64,000 nucleotides of DNA from Rotaria socialis (lineage: Eukaryota), in the NCBI GenBank assembly GCA_905331295.1, contig CAJNYD010000253.1, positions 62,001-126,000 on the forward strand. The letters are read 5' to 3'. The translations under genes were made by a program, and so were the position numbers. Every line of letters starts with the position of its first letter. The first letter of the stretch is position 1. The notes under the pieces are model-generated. The model saw only the letters and a program-made list of their open reading frames with translations, was not told the DNA's origin and did not search any database. Of the stretch, positions 34,601 to 46,258 are shown one piece after another.

Positions 34601-37429
34601 GACGCCTTGAGCCAACCCATATGTATGAATAACAATAATTGTTTTATTAGGTATTAATTGATGCTGTAGTGATTGCCAAAGTTCTTCCAGTTCTTTTTCA
34701 TTATCACTAATATCTACATAAATAAGGTCAAGAGGTTTCGTAAAAATATGTGCCAACTCAGGCCATGTGCTTGTATCGTAATTTAGTTGAACTGGAATAG
34801 CCACAGTATTCGTGTCTATATTAATAAATTTATTGATGTTAGCTTTGAATTCTTCCAGAAATTGACGACCAACGGCTCGCTGTTTCCACGGCTTCAGATG
34901 ATTGTTCATCCACTGCTGCCAACAAAATCCATCGAGCGCGATGAAATAAATTGGATTCATACTATGTTGGCGAATAGCGTGAAGTAACTGTACAGACGTA
35001 CCACCTAACCATGAACCGAGTTCAACTAAAGAATAACATTCATTTTTAACAGCTAACCAACACAATAGCTGTTGAACTTCTGTCGGTGTCGTTGTTGGTA
35101 TATTAGTTTCTATGAGGGTGAAATCCAGCCAAGGAGAACGGAAGGTTTGTATCGGTAACAGATGATTTTGTGTTCGTATTTTTTTCAAATACTGTCCATA
35201 GTATGTAAGAGATGATCTTAGTTCATTATCCAAGCTAGATTCATCAGCCAGTTTATTCAGCAAAGATTCTATAGCTTTACACAGTGACCAACACTCGCGG
35301 TGAATGCCGAAAAATTTGTGAATACAATCAATCGCACGAACAGCATCAACGAGGACTTGCCTATCTTTTACAGTACTTCCTCCAAATGACTCAAACAGAC
35401 CCGTGCAATTGTTCACTATTAATGTAATAGGTGATGAAATCGATAATGTGTTATTCGTGGGCATTTTCCAGTCTTTACTTTTATTGTAAAACGCAATAAT
35501 AGCTTGACAAATATTGAAAACGTCATCCTCTCTAAGCCAGTAATGTGAAGGTAAATAAAAACCTATCTCAGCTAATCGCATCGCATGTGGACATGTGGCA
35601 CGAGCAAATGTAGGTAAATTATCAAAAGCTGCTTGTATATTGAGGGATGGAAAATAGTTACGTGTTTCAATCCCGTGCTCAAAAGCTAAATAATGACGCA
35701 AACGATCACGGTCCATGCGTGATTGGCACTCAATACCAAAAACCCACGGCCCATCAGCATCGCCTGCGCGTGGTGAAAATTTTATGTACTCAGTGATCGC
35801 ACACAATCCCTGTCGATACCACTGAGCCATACAGCTACGATGATGGATCACTTGAGATATTTGTTTTATGGCCGGCGTTACAAGTGCAGCTCCGAGTCCA
35901 TTAATTTTACCATTTATACACGGCTCAAAATGAACGAAATGATAGCTAGGCGTGAAGCCATGATTCACAATAGACGCCAACCGGGTAGCTACGGATGGAT
36001 CCTTCGATAATACGAAGCCCCCATCACCTGCAGTGATTATTTTATTCGCGTACAGACTGGCACACGCATACGAACCGAAAGTACCAAGTAACTTCCCATT
36101 AATAGTGACACCTATGCTTTCACTAATGTCCTCAATCAGTAACCAGTTATTTTTTACACACATATCATGTAACTGTTCGATATCTGCAGGGATTGAATAT
36201 GTATGTGTAACAATTATGGCTTTAATTTTGTAATTTTCAGGAACAAGTCTAGCCGCTTCATCATATTCATCTACACCCGGATTATATTTATCACAGCTGT
36301 TATCAACAAATATTGGTGTTGCTCCTGCATAAAGCACTGCGTTAGGTACAGCAATCATAGTAAATGATGGAACAAGGACACAATCATTAGAGTCTTCTCC
36401 AATGTGTGCTGATTGTAACGCTAACAAGAGTGAAATAAAACCGTTTGCACACGGCTGTGCGACGGGTACATCGAAGAGACGACGTAGTTCATGAGCCATC
36501 TCTGCAACTGGATACGCGGCCGATGAAATCGAATGTGAAACCAATGATTTAAATACGTTGGACAATGCATGGTATGAAATGAAAGGTACAGCCACTCGAT
36601 ACGTCCATGTGCCTGAATTTGGTTTTGGTTCTATATCAGGCCACCATGGCTGTGTCTTCAGACTATGGCGAAAACGTACATCATCGAACAGTTTATCAAC
36701 CTGAAGCTGAGCGGTTTTGCAATTTTCATTTAATGTATTCCAATTCATAATGCTGTCAGCAGGGTTACTTGGATTTTGCTTCTTCATAGCAGTCGTGACT
36801 GTTATATCTGATAGACCACATGCAAAAAATATAGGTTTTAAGGAATCAGTTGGAGCTCTAGTTAAGTCTGTATATTCAATTATATGATACGGAACACTTG
36901 TGCCGATCGCTTCAGCTATTGTTTCCCATTGTTTTTTCAATCTATGACAGTATTGGATGAATTTTGTTTCATCAACATACACTTTTATTCCACGATTGAT
37001 ATTTTCTTCGGTTTCTGTATACCAACAGTCTGTTTTTTGAGCAATTTTCAACGAAACGAATGAATCTAATAAACTTCGTCGCCACATGACTATGACAAAA
37101 TTGATATTCAGGCGACGAATGAGATATAAAGGTTCTATATTTCGATCAAATAGTTGACAGACGTGAAGTTTAAAGCCTTCGATGCTGTCTGAGCAACAGA
37201 CAGATAACGAATTGTCAAGTTCTTCTAAGAGAGTCGGTATATTTTTTGAATAAACTTGTTTTTCATCATTCAGCAATTCGCCGTGTAAAAGAATTCGAGG
37301 ATGGCACATAAGATAAGAACTAAGTAAAGAAGAACCCGAGCGCGGATGACTCAAAATGAGAATGCGAAAGGCACTTCGTCGAGCGCCGGTTGCATGTTGA
37401 ATACAGGAATCAGTGCTTGTAGTTTCCAT
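31676..37429 (-). CDS. 1917-aa fused carbohydrate-tailoring enzyme: sulfotransferase + DegT-family PLP aminotransferase + SAM methyltransferase + GT-like domain + GT2 + GH5 glycoside hydrolase
   Basis: Single ORF. Motifs: HPRSGSS and RRSLLDSFVS (Stf0-like PAPS binding); VPSFTMIAVPNAV, IEDISES and SLYANKIITAGDGG (PLP Lys at 36041-36043); VELGSWLGGTS and IYVD; EEYLGRDYPLFF; TICICSYRR and TIDDD; GYDLINEP (E at 32354-32356), FHMYEP and VGELG (E at 31898-31900). Confidence 0.92.
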   Translation of the reverse strand: METTSTDSCIQHATGARRSAFRILILSHPRSGSSLLSSYLMCHPRILLHGELLNDEKQVYSKNIPTLLEELDNSLSVCCSDSIEGFKLHVCQLFDRNIEPLYLIRRLNINFVIVMWRRSLLDSFVSLKIAQKTDCWYTETEENINRGIKVYVDETKFIQYCHRLKKQWETIAEAIGTSVPYHIIEYTDLTRAPTDSLKPIFFACGLSDITVTTAMKKQNPSNPADSIMNWNTLNENCKTAQLQVDKLFDDVRFRHSLKTQPWWPDIEPKPNSGTWTYRVAVPFISYHALSNVFKSLVSHSISSAAYPVAEMAHELRRLFDVPVAQPCANGFISLLLALQSAHIGEDSNDCVLVPSFTMIAVPNAVLYAGATPIFVDNSCDKYNPGVDEYDEAARLVPENYKIKAIIVTHTYSIPADIEQLHDMCVKNNWLLIEDISESIGVTINGKLLGTFGSYACASLYANKIITAGDGGFVLSKDPSVATRLASIVNHGFTPSYHFVHFEPCINGKINGLGAALVTPAIKQISQVIHHRSCMAQWYRQGLCAITEYIKFSPRAGDADGPWVFGIECQSRMDRDRLRHYLAFEHGIETRNYFPSLNIQAAFDNLPTFARATCPHAMRLAEIGFYLPSHYWLREDDVFNICQAIIAFYNKSKDWKMPTNNTLSISSPITLIVNNCTGLFESFGGSTVKDRQVLVDAVRAIDCIHKFFGIHRECWSLCKAIESLLNKLADESSLDNELRSSLTYYGQYLKKIRTQNHLLPIQTFRSPWLDFTLIETNIPTTTPTEVQQLLCWLAVKNECYSLVELGSWLGGTSVQLLHAIRQHSMNPIYFIALDGFCWQQWMNNHLKPWKQRAVGRQFLEEFKANINKFINIDTNTVAIPVQLNYDTSTWPELAHIFTKPLDLIYVDISDNEKELEELWQSLQHQLIPNKTIIVIHTYGLAQGVCRFVEQYLNEWKPLYKPATFAKAFIFLGKASDITVKQESLVQIKKKLKFAALPSDWNHHRAGGFCAVIDIAKNQLHHDCAPTLFIPTVEQYFFECDYQLQKPWVGIVHQAPVSNTVWMPDVERLLHSPQFLVSLNFCRGLFALSTYLCDYIKLRLPKSLSVDIPVSRLFYPISGRIQKSITTNARSSVVMIGGYMRDIDDFLKLVVPNNFEKIILLNETDKIRQKYLHECASQFNIKIINRLSDEEYEQLLLTSIPFLSLKSDGIASTLLIECIWSCTPIMVRRFQSMEEYLGRDYPLFFDSLDQAASLLSSDVNNKNYLQLSAMNYLANMNKDHLTSEAFIRSIANSASYLALPESPETEFPSVDLTICICSYRRTEDLLRILRALLYEQDFNGTFEVILWNNDFDRRSEVERICGLLNKRIRMIHSSDNYYCIVRMCMLHLMNSELLLTIDDDMIPSERFLSTFVERRNNYGARAILCLHGHKFLPHTLNAENPKLGGWEYGVSVVFIDDNQPPDTIHFAHADGCLFPRQALRDAASIDMPTKEFILVDDYWLSFVLNHYFGYQLCKIAASNMYTKTPSADDSTIALYLNPKVRETRMKLYIYHMLKGWPRFNISKAPSIVHTMKTAIWQSSFIGYNVPMCLTVADMRDLQHMNVRVVRLGACCTTIWEDTQETNISDLAYLLPQCMGCISSSALQRLVSYIDLFSKHNIQVILTLHRHLASPQIWQQLAAVLGKINNVIGYDLINEPYTASDEQKCVDDLFLSDHSSDDNKLMIYYAEIIDAIRREDNNTPVIIESSFWANWRALHFLKFDRGPLSLHANDADLFKVSFHMYEPRLLTTHRFNQGRFAYPGIVPNYDGPYALSQEWNSSRVNSLFDDIELIITQVLGLKSKHQVLVGELGISRNVSGASEYLRDLLSECYKRNWSTCLYSFRESHWNLMDYELGVHQENENRKTNDNPLMEAIKESIQRTT

Positions 37430-38631
37430 AGATTAATTTCGCTTTTTCGAGATAGTAAAAAAGAGCCCTAAAAGGGAGAAAATATACGTCAACCAGATGG
37501 AAGGGTCGGTACTTTCCAAAAATACAATGCTCCGCATTTTTGAAGCGTCTCTGTTTTATTTTGAAACGTTAAATTTTGTTCCTATCATAGGGAAATTGGA
37601 TATACTGTTTTGGTGAACATATAATAAGATTTAACAATTGCCACTAGTGGATAGTGCTAGGAGTTTTAGCCTAGAAAGGGGAATGAGATTCTGCTCGTAA
37701 GTTTACTACAGTGCAATTAGTTTTTGGAAGGTCAGTTCTTCTATTAATATGAGCTTTGAAAAATTTTGGAGGAGCTCAAAAGTAATTTTAGAAAAATCTG
37801 TTCTCTACAACCATTGTGAAGTTACCGTTAGTTATCACTAGAACAAATTTCAATATTCGTAGGCTTGTCGATGGAAAAATGTCAGAATTCCTACCTATCA
37901 AAGAGATAGGTTCGACTATGACAGGCATGATTACATTCTGCGAAAGCTTCGAGTACATATTTTGACAGAAGGAAAAGGTTATTCTTTGATTAGAGGAAAA
38001 CAAGCCATCGATGACGATTTCGTGGCAATATTATTGGGAAAATCCTATGATAGAATTTGGGAAGCAGAAAATCTTTGATTACATATGTTTTATGGTTCGA
38101 ATATAGATATACTCATGTAATGATATTGTTTCTACTCTTTTGGGACATCTTGGTTTATTCTTGTCCTTTCCGCGAATGTATTTATTTCGCATCTGTTTCT
38201 TACTCTCATCATTTTTCTCTTTTGGTTGCAAATATACGTGTAGGATTCGTATATATATAGGGTGACTCTTGATATGAAGATATAGAATATAGCTTAGTTC
38301 CATAAGCGCTAGCAGCACTTCTATTAGAAAATCGTCGCAACTCGGATTTCAAGGTAGGAACTAAATGCATGCAACTTAACCCTTTCAATCCTGCATATCA
38401 TCTCGCAGATGACGTACAGAACGAATAAAGAATATCTTGCGTTCTCTAGTCTTCTTTAACAACGTATATCATATGTTGTCTGTTAAAAAGATAGTGTCTT
38501 GCCTCTATCTATAATGTATCTTCGTTTTGAGTGCAGCTGATTTTGATAGCTGAACGCAAAAGCGAATGTGGGTGTGTGGCTCTTGATCAGAAATAGACTC
38601 ACACTCACACCCTAGTTCAAGTACGTTTATT

Positions 38632-39175
38632 TGTAACGATGTGTTCATTTTGAGAAGCAGCGTACGAGTGAGAACCTCTAGAACATATCTCGGCTACAGA
38701 TTTTGTTATCGATTGTAGTCATGCCCTCACACAGATGCTTGCGTTGATTGTGTATTTTTATTGTCTAAATTCGCTTACGAACCTGCCATGAGCATGATTG
38801 CTGATCGATTTTCTCGGCTATCGATTTGCTGACCACTGTTCCCCATACCATCATGCGGATGCTTGTGTTGATAACGTGACTGATTCGGGATATTGCCATC
38901 TGAGAAATTCTCATACGTCTGATGACTTTTTCATTTTATATGTTACGTACTTGTCCTACACATTCGGCTGATGCCTGTTTTGTTTTCATTAGTTTCTGTG
39001 TGCTATGAGCTCGGGGTGTTTCAAAGATGTATCGAGAAAAACTCCTTCCAGAATCATAGTTCTACGCATAATTGCTATGATTGCCATTGCTATAGGTAGC
39101 TCTTAGTTAAAGATTTCGCACTTATACCGTTTGTATCATCATTGTTCAACACCTATGGAAAGCACAATCGTTACA
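38632..39175. mobile_element. LTR-like or TIR element remnant (TGTAACGAT...ATCGTTACA)
   Basis: TG...CA ends with a 9-bp perfect inverted repeat that extends imperfectly. No matching TSD. Confidence 0.4.
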
Positions 39176-39500
39176 AAGCTTACAAATGGTTTAATTCTAA
39201 AAGTTTCATTTCTTCAGTAAAATCTTGAGTATCGGTGAATTCTTTTATTTTATGTAACCTTTGAGGTGTCTTTAAACATAAGCCTCGTTACAGCAGGGTA
39301 AGGAGATGATTACACGACGATAATGATAATTGTTAAAATCTACTGTGTAATGAGGATATTTGATATGGTTATCCGAATTCTGGATAATTTGACATCTCTC
39401 CTTGATTTGACTGCTACTCATGAAAAAATGCAAAATATGTTTGCGGTGACATTTGAACACGAAATTTAGTTACAATTCTGATCAAAACCTAAGAGATAGC

Positions 39501-39783
39501 TATGATGATATCAGCGTATTGTGTCTATGTCCTTTTAGTGATATAAGGACAAAGACGAATAGATTACGTGTAATGCTACCTTGATATTTGCTTCAACATT
39601 CTTATTGCTTACAACGCTCTTTTAAGTGCAAACTTATGTGTTGTATGCTCTCTCCCTTCTCCCTTTTCTGGATGTGTATATAAACGTGTGCGTTGTATGT
39701 AGATGATGCGATTGATGATAGGAAGAATCGAATAAAGCTGAATAACATCATCAAGCTTCTATCTTCCATCAAAAATCGTCACA
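39501..39783 (+). mobile_element. Solo LTR with 5-bp TSD
   Basis: ATAGC on both sides (39496-39500 and 39784-39788). Ends TATGATGAT...ATCGTCACA (degenerate TG..CA inverted termini). Internal TATATAAA followed by AATAAA. Confidence 0.65.
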
Positions 39784-40625
39784 ATAGCTTGTGTCAGAAT
39801 TAGGGACAAAAATAGCTGAGTGTTGTAATTAAAGACAACTTTTTTTCTCAATTTTAGTCGTTCTTCTTGAGGATAATTTATTTCACTTAAATTGTTATCA
39901 ATTTTACGCGAATCTTTAGGCTATCGTAGAGCTCGGCACGCTCTGCAAAACTGTACAAGGCACTTTCCCATTATCTCTTATCAAAGTCGTGAAAAAAGCA
40001 TTTTCTTGTGGCAGACAGTATTTTGGCTTCAATTTTGCTTATGTGTCGTTATTAGGGGCAAAAATAGCTTACTGTCATAATTACGGAAAGTCATCGTGAT
40101 AATGACAGTGGTAGGCCTTTTTCGTAGACCGCTGATATCTTGAAAAGAATAAGAGAATCTCAAAACGCATCATTTTTAAGAGAAGAACTAGTATATCATG
40201 CAAATATAAATACACTTTAATGCAAGTGTAAATTAGCTTTAAACGAGTTCGAGCAACTAAAGGCAATTTTTTCTATCCTAATTAGGAACACTGAGTGTAT
40301 AGCTGAATCTGAATGATTTCTTGAAAACAATTTTGAATATCAGTAGGTACTAAGTCATACACTTGTCGTTGGTATCCGATATGAAGATTTTTCATATGTG
40401 AACACTTCTAATAAATGTTACTTCGTATCGATGCACAATAAGATGTTCCATGGGAACAAAAACCGGATTCCATCTATTTAGGATATAGGAGAAATACAGG
40501 GACACAAAGAGTAAGGTGCGTATACAAAAAAAACTATTCAAATGCAAAGATATTATGTGAATAGAACGGTTCGCTACTAAAATATGAAGTAATATGGCAT
40601 AAATCAAAGAAACGTGTATCATATC

Positions 40626-41868
40626 GATCAAACGTAGGATATCTTATTCCCAGATTCGAGTATTTCGTGGCACCATTCGCCCCAAACACCTCTCCAACTC
40701 AGTCAAAGACCTTTCCAAGTAGAACTCGACACGCTCTATAGGATGCAAGTGTTAAAATTTGAAAAACTTTCGCGTCCCCAAAAAACCAAAAACACCGCCA
40801 AAAAAAATGTAAAAAACGCGGTACATTTTCGTACTAAGTAGCACGATTCGTCCAGAAGATCTTTCCAACATACTAATGTAACTTTCTAAATAGATCTCGA
40901 CGAGCTCCATCGAATGGACTTCTTTAGAGCTCAATTCGATTCTCGAATTCCTTGGAAATCTGCAATTTACCTTGAGGACTACCGGCATGTTCACATTAAC
41001 ATTAATTTAAAAAAACATTTTTTTGTGGCAAATTATTGTTTGCGATAAATAGCACGATTCGAATATGTTATGTACATTTTTTTGCTGTGAGAAAAGTAAG
41101 AATGTTCAGAAAGGGAACAATTTTATTGTGGTCAATTTGATTGCTCCAAACGACTCGCCAATCCTTTTCTCTTTCCTGTTCTTATCTATACCGTGCGGTA
41201 CAAACGATAACAAAATGCGTCAATAATTATTTTCGTTCTCTCGCTGTCTGCAATATCCTACAACAAGAGTCAATGAAATTTTTATCCTTTCCTTTTGATA
41301 TCGACATCGAAAAAATAAAATAAAAGTTCTGTGAAGAAGTAATGTTACGCCCTCTTCCTTCTCTCACCAGCTGATTCCATGCCAAAATGGGCAAATAAAA
41401 TGTTTTTTTTTGTGAAAAGGTGCTCATAGAGAAAAAAATGTATATAACATATTTGAATCGTACTATTTATCGAAAACGATAATTTGCCACAAAAAATGTT
41501 TTTTTTAATTAATGTTTAGCTGAAAACACCGGTAGTGCTCAAGGTAAATTGCAGATTTCCAAGGAATTCGAGAATCGAATTGAGCTCTAAAGGAGTCTAT
41601 TCGATGGCGCTTGTCGAGATCCATTTAGAAAGTTACGTTAGTATGTTGGAAAGGTCTGCTGGGCGGATCGTGCCACTTGGTACGAAAATTGACCGTTTTT
41701 TTTCAGTTTTTTTGGTGGTACTTTTGGTTTTTGGGGGACGGGAAATTTTTTTCGAATTTTAACACTTACGTCGCATAGAGCGTGTGGAGTTCTGCTTGGA
41801 AAGGTATTTGGGGTGAATAGTGCCACGAAATACTCGAATCTGGGACCAAGATATCCTACGTATTGATC
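40626..41868. mobile_element. Foldback element with ~450-bp inverted arms
   Basis: CGTAGGATATCTT..CCCAGATTCGAGTATTTCGTGGCAC is mirrored by GTGCCACGAAATACTCGAATCTGGG..AAGATATCCTACG. Track ORFs 40752-40994(-) and 41535-41762(+) are mirror translations of the two arms. Confidence 0.85.
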
Positions 41869-42605
41869 TAATGGTTAGTACTAGGTTATGGCTTTATCAT
41901 TCCAAACAAGAACACAGTTTCACAATTTTCACTACGAGACTTCGTTACTCATGATTCTTCCTACTTAAAGCTATGTAGCGTGCGAAAAATCTGAGATGGG
42001 AAATGGGTGTACATATAGTTTTGTCGAGTCTGTAGAAACAGGAGTTAAAAATTACAGAAAATCTAGTGGTATTAGTATGAAAACTTGAAAAGTTTTGATT
42101 ATTGAATATGGGATGCACCTCGAACTTTGACATTGACTGCTTTCAGCATAGATTTGATAATTAGTTGGTTCTTAGTAACTAGAATCCTTCTTGAGGCTGA
42201 AATAAAATGCTGCATAGGAAATCCAATTTATAGTCAAGCACACAATCGTCAATTCTTTATAATTGCGTATAACAACAAAATCACAGATGCCTACACTTTG
42301 AAGTCATTTTTTCAGCGGAACTTATTTTCTGTTCTAATTTATGAGAAAAAAAAACAAAACTTAATATAAATAAGTGAAGTCTTAGGAAAGAACTGAAAGG
42401 CACGTAAATCGACTCACCCTGCCATGTTCACTCAAACATCGTACTATTTTCAGTCTAAGCTACTCTCGCCTATTTCAGAGTAATCGAACTGTTGAGGAAA
42501 GGTTTCTGAAGGATTGCAAAGATGTTGTAATGGCATGCCCGCTTATATAGATATACGAGGAAAAACATTGTAACAGGTCAACATTAATAAAATAGAGAGA
42601 ATGGC

Positions 42606-43922
42606 AAAGGACCCCACCGGATAAAAATATTTTCTAGAATCGATATCCTTTTTATATAGTGTTGAAGAGTTCGCTCAGATACATCAAATGGTATATAGGA
42701 AGTTGAGCTTTCATAAAGTTTTCGTGTAGTTATAGTCGATATACTATATATACTGACATAGAGACATGCATGGTACTAATAGAAAATGTACACTCGTATG
42801 ATCATCTCTAAAGAGTGTATACAGGTTTAGTTTTATAATTCAGTTTGATACAATTATGAATGATGCTCAATTTTTTATAATTGATAGTTTTCATCACTAC
42901 TGCTTTGCTACTNGTTCTTGAATGATATTAACGGTTAAAGGAAACATTCACCATTAGTATGAATAGTAATGTTTTCGTTAATATTAGGGATTATATTTTC
43001 ATTAATCATTAATATTAATGAATTAAGTTTTTCTCAGAAAACATTAATATAAAATTAATGGTAATGGTCCACCCCTAGTACAAGGTGTGAGTTATAAATA
43101 GTAGACATATAATTTTTGACAGTTCTTTTACAAAACTCAATTTCAATCAGGCATAGTACCTTTACTGTTAAAGCCCTGTAAGAATTTACCAATAGATCCA
43201 CTTTATTTTAAAAAAACAAATTTTTCGCTTTCCTGCACTCCCCACCAGGATCGTAAAAGTGAAATTGGTTTTTCGACTTCAGAAGGATCTATTGACTTCA
43301 AATTGTTGACGAATGTTTGCTGATTATATGTGCATAAAAATTTTCAGAGCTTATGCTGCACATTGTTGGAATATTGTCTATGTATTCGGACCTCTATATG
43401 ACAAAATAGTCGATTCTTTACCTGTGTTTTCAAGATTACTAACGAGTCCCTGTTGCTCGGAAAAACTTGGCCTATCAAATATGTAGAGCTCAGTGGCAGA
43501 CAGCTTTTAGGAAAGTTTCGCGCTGTTACCACATTGTTCTACTGCACAGGACTGAAAACACTAAAGTGCATTTTGGTGAATATATCTCATTCATCAATAG
43601 AAGATGACTCTTTTCAGTAGCAAAGCAGTAGTGATGAAAACTATCAATTATAAAAAATTGAGCATCATTCATAATTGTATCAAACTGAATTATAAAACTA
43701 AACCTGTATACACTCTTTAGAGATGATCATACGAGTGTGCATTGTCTATTAGTATCATGCATGTCTCTACGCCAGTATATATAGTATATCGACTATAACT
43801 AGACACAACCTTTATGAAGACTTGACTTCCTATATACCATTTGATGTATCTCGAAGAGCTCTACAATACGATATAAAAATGAAATCGACTCTTGAAAAGC
43901 TTTTTATCCGACGGGGTCCTTT
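42606..43922. mobile_element. Foldback element with ~300-bp inverted arms
   Basis: AAAGGACCCC..CGGATAAAAA versus TTTTTATCCG..GGGGTCCTTT. Arms are 42606-42912 and ~43617-43922. A single N at 42913 sits at the end of the left arm. Confidence 0.8.
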
Positions 43923-45349
43923 CTTACATTGAGTGCAGGGAGTTGTATAATTTTGTCATCCTCTGTACATACTGATATGCTTTTCTAACATGAGATCAAT
44001 GTAAAAATGATTGAGACAATCATGTATAGATAAGGTATATGTAGCGTCAATATATGTTAAACTGGTGTATACTTTATCCTCAACCTCCACTCTTTACAAG
44101 CCTTTATTACCATTTTATTACGATTAACAAAAGTGTTATTGCTCACTTTGTAAGAGAAACGGCATTTTCATTTCAGCATGATTTACATGATATTTTGAAA
44201 ACTCTCCTGTGATACGGACATATGGTAATAAATTCCATCTCAGATATGACAGCATAGAAATAAGATGCTTGTTAGCGAGCTCTTTTGGAGCTGAAATGTG
44301 GAACTGACACATGCTGTATAAAATAGTAGACAATACTTCTTAATGTTTCATATAGTTGAGCATGTCTTAGATTGGAGATAAACAAAGTGACCATCATAAC
44401 GTATATATAGTAAAAAAGACTGTTCTTTCTAATTGATATGCATTCATATGAAAGAAATGAGGATTATTCATCAGCTCATCATAATAAACAAAACAGATAT
44501 ATGAATTGAAAAATCTCTGATAGGCTATCGCTGTTGTGCAAATAATCAACTTATAGAGCAATAAGCTGTCGAATTTCTATATTTTCTAAATAATTTTAAG
44601 ATTATTTTCAATGGTGTCCTGATTTTGTTATTTTTACTGCTGCTAACCGGGCTGCTTTTCTTTTTCACATCTCATTATTCGTATTTTTACTTTATTTTTT
44701 GAATCATTGATTTCTCTGGCATTTGTGACTATTCTTAACATCGATTGTTTATTAAAATTATATACCGATAGACAAAGTTACGTAAGAAAGAACTTTAGAT
44801 ATTCAAGTTTATTCAAAAGCTTTAAGACATTTCATACTTTAGTAGCATAATATAGTTGTTTTTTTATTATTAAATTATTCATGTCTGTAATGGGGGACAT
44901 GCCTGTAATGTCCTGTTTCCCGTTACTATGTGTTTGTAATAGGGCGGGGGCGGGGAGGGGGAGGGCGCAAAAACCTCGACATAAAGCGTACACTCACTAT
45001 TTTTCTTCGAAAAAATATGTGAGTTTCACAAAAGGAAAAGAGATTCTTGTGCTGAAGTACTTACGAACCAACCAGAAGCAAACAATCTGTTTGAGATATT
45101 TTGTCTGAATGTGTTTAATAACGGTATGATTTTTAATAAAAGGAGGTAAAAAATGATTTGACGATGAGTCCAGTTTTAGAATGATTAACTTGATGATAAA
45201 CTGCGATCAAATATCAATCGAATAAGTGAATCCATTACACTTGGCAACGACTTTTTCTTAATTGGTATTAGAATAGTATCCAATATGGTGCAACGACTTG
45301 CAGAGTCCATCAAATATAATCAAATACCGAACAGTAGTTCTACCAAACT

Positions 45350-45762
45350 TAGGGATGTGCAGTGTCGGTGTAAATACTGAAAACCTGATCACCGACTACA
45401 CCGACAGTGTGCTCAGTGATACACCGATTACACTGATGGCGTGCCCAGTGAAATACCGGTCACACTGTAATCAGTGTCACTGGCACCGACTTCACTGAAG
45501 CATTGGTGATCGCTCATACACTGATACACAGACAACATTTTATTGACTGAAGCCTTTAATCAATCAGAAAGATATCGGTGGATCAGTGTTTCACTGAACA
45601 CCAATGTCGGCGCCGTCAGTATCTCTATCTTCAGCGTTTCCGTGACACTGATAACAGTGTGGAGCGCTGTTCCACTGCGCACACCGTCGGTGTAGTCAGT
45701 GCTTCACTTGACACACCGTCGGTGCAAGTCAGTGGTCAGTACACCGACACTGCACATCCCTA
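45350..45762. mobile_element. hAT-type MITE with 8-bp TSD
   Basis: 23-bp perfect TIR TAGGGATGTGCAGTGTCGGTGTA. ACCAAACT on both sides (45342-45349 and 45763-45770). Interior of CACTG/CAGTG and ACACCG repeats. Confidence 0.9.
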
Positions 45763-46258
45763 ACCAAACTCAATCAAATTCCTAAAGTTTTAGAATAAAT
45801 AACTTATTCAGATACATGGAGGTGATTGTTACGTTAACCAAGTGTGAGACAGAACTTAGACTGCTATCTCAGTTGTACTTATGGGGAAGAAAATAGTATT
45901 AGATAGCGCAGCTTTGATCGGCATAATGAACTGAATATACCTTCCACGATGTCGAAGGTACTCTCCATTAAAGCCTGTGCATTCTTGGTAACAATATTAT
46001 GACATTTATGGATGCCGAGGTATGGGAATCCATTTTTTGGCCGTTTAGAAAGTCCCCAAGTAAGCAAAAAATGAAGGGAGACTGCCGACATGACTAGTCT
46101 GAAATGTCCTTGAGCCCAGCCATGTCTAATCCGTGTTGTCTGTTGACCCAGTCGGGTGTGGGTGTGAGTCGATATGGCGACGGCGATGAGTATAACTTGT
46201 TCTTTTCCCACACCCACACCCTCACATTGATTCCACTTTGAAATCGTCTAATTGGGCC

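Noticed and set aside
31676..37429. Bacterial contaminant or prokaryotic operon
   Set aside because: It is one fused ORF rather than separate cistrons, flanked by kilobases of host-type repeats, with minus-strand AATAAA signals downstream (~31414-31485). Read-level confirmation is still advisable.
40752..41826. Short similar ORFs on opposite strands
   Set aside because: They are mirror translations of foldback arms. The same applies to the ORFs at 53089-53766.
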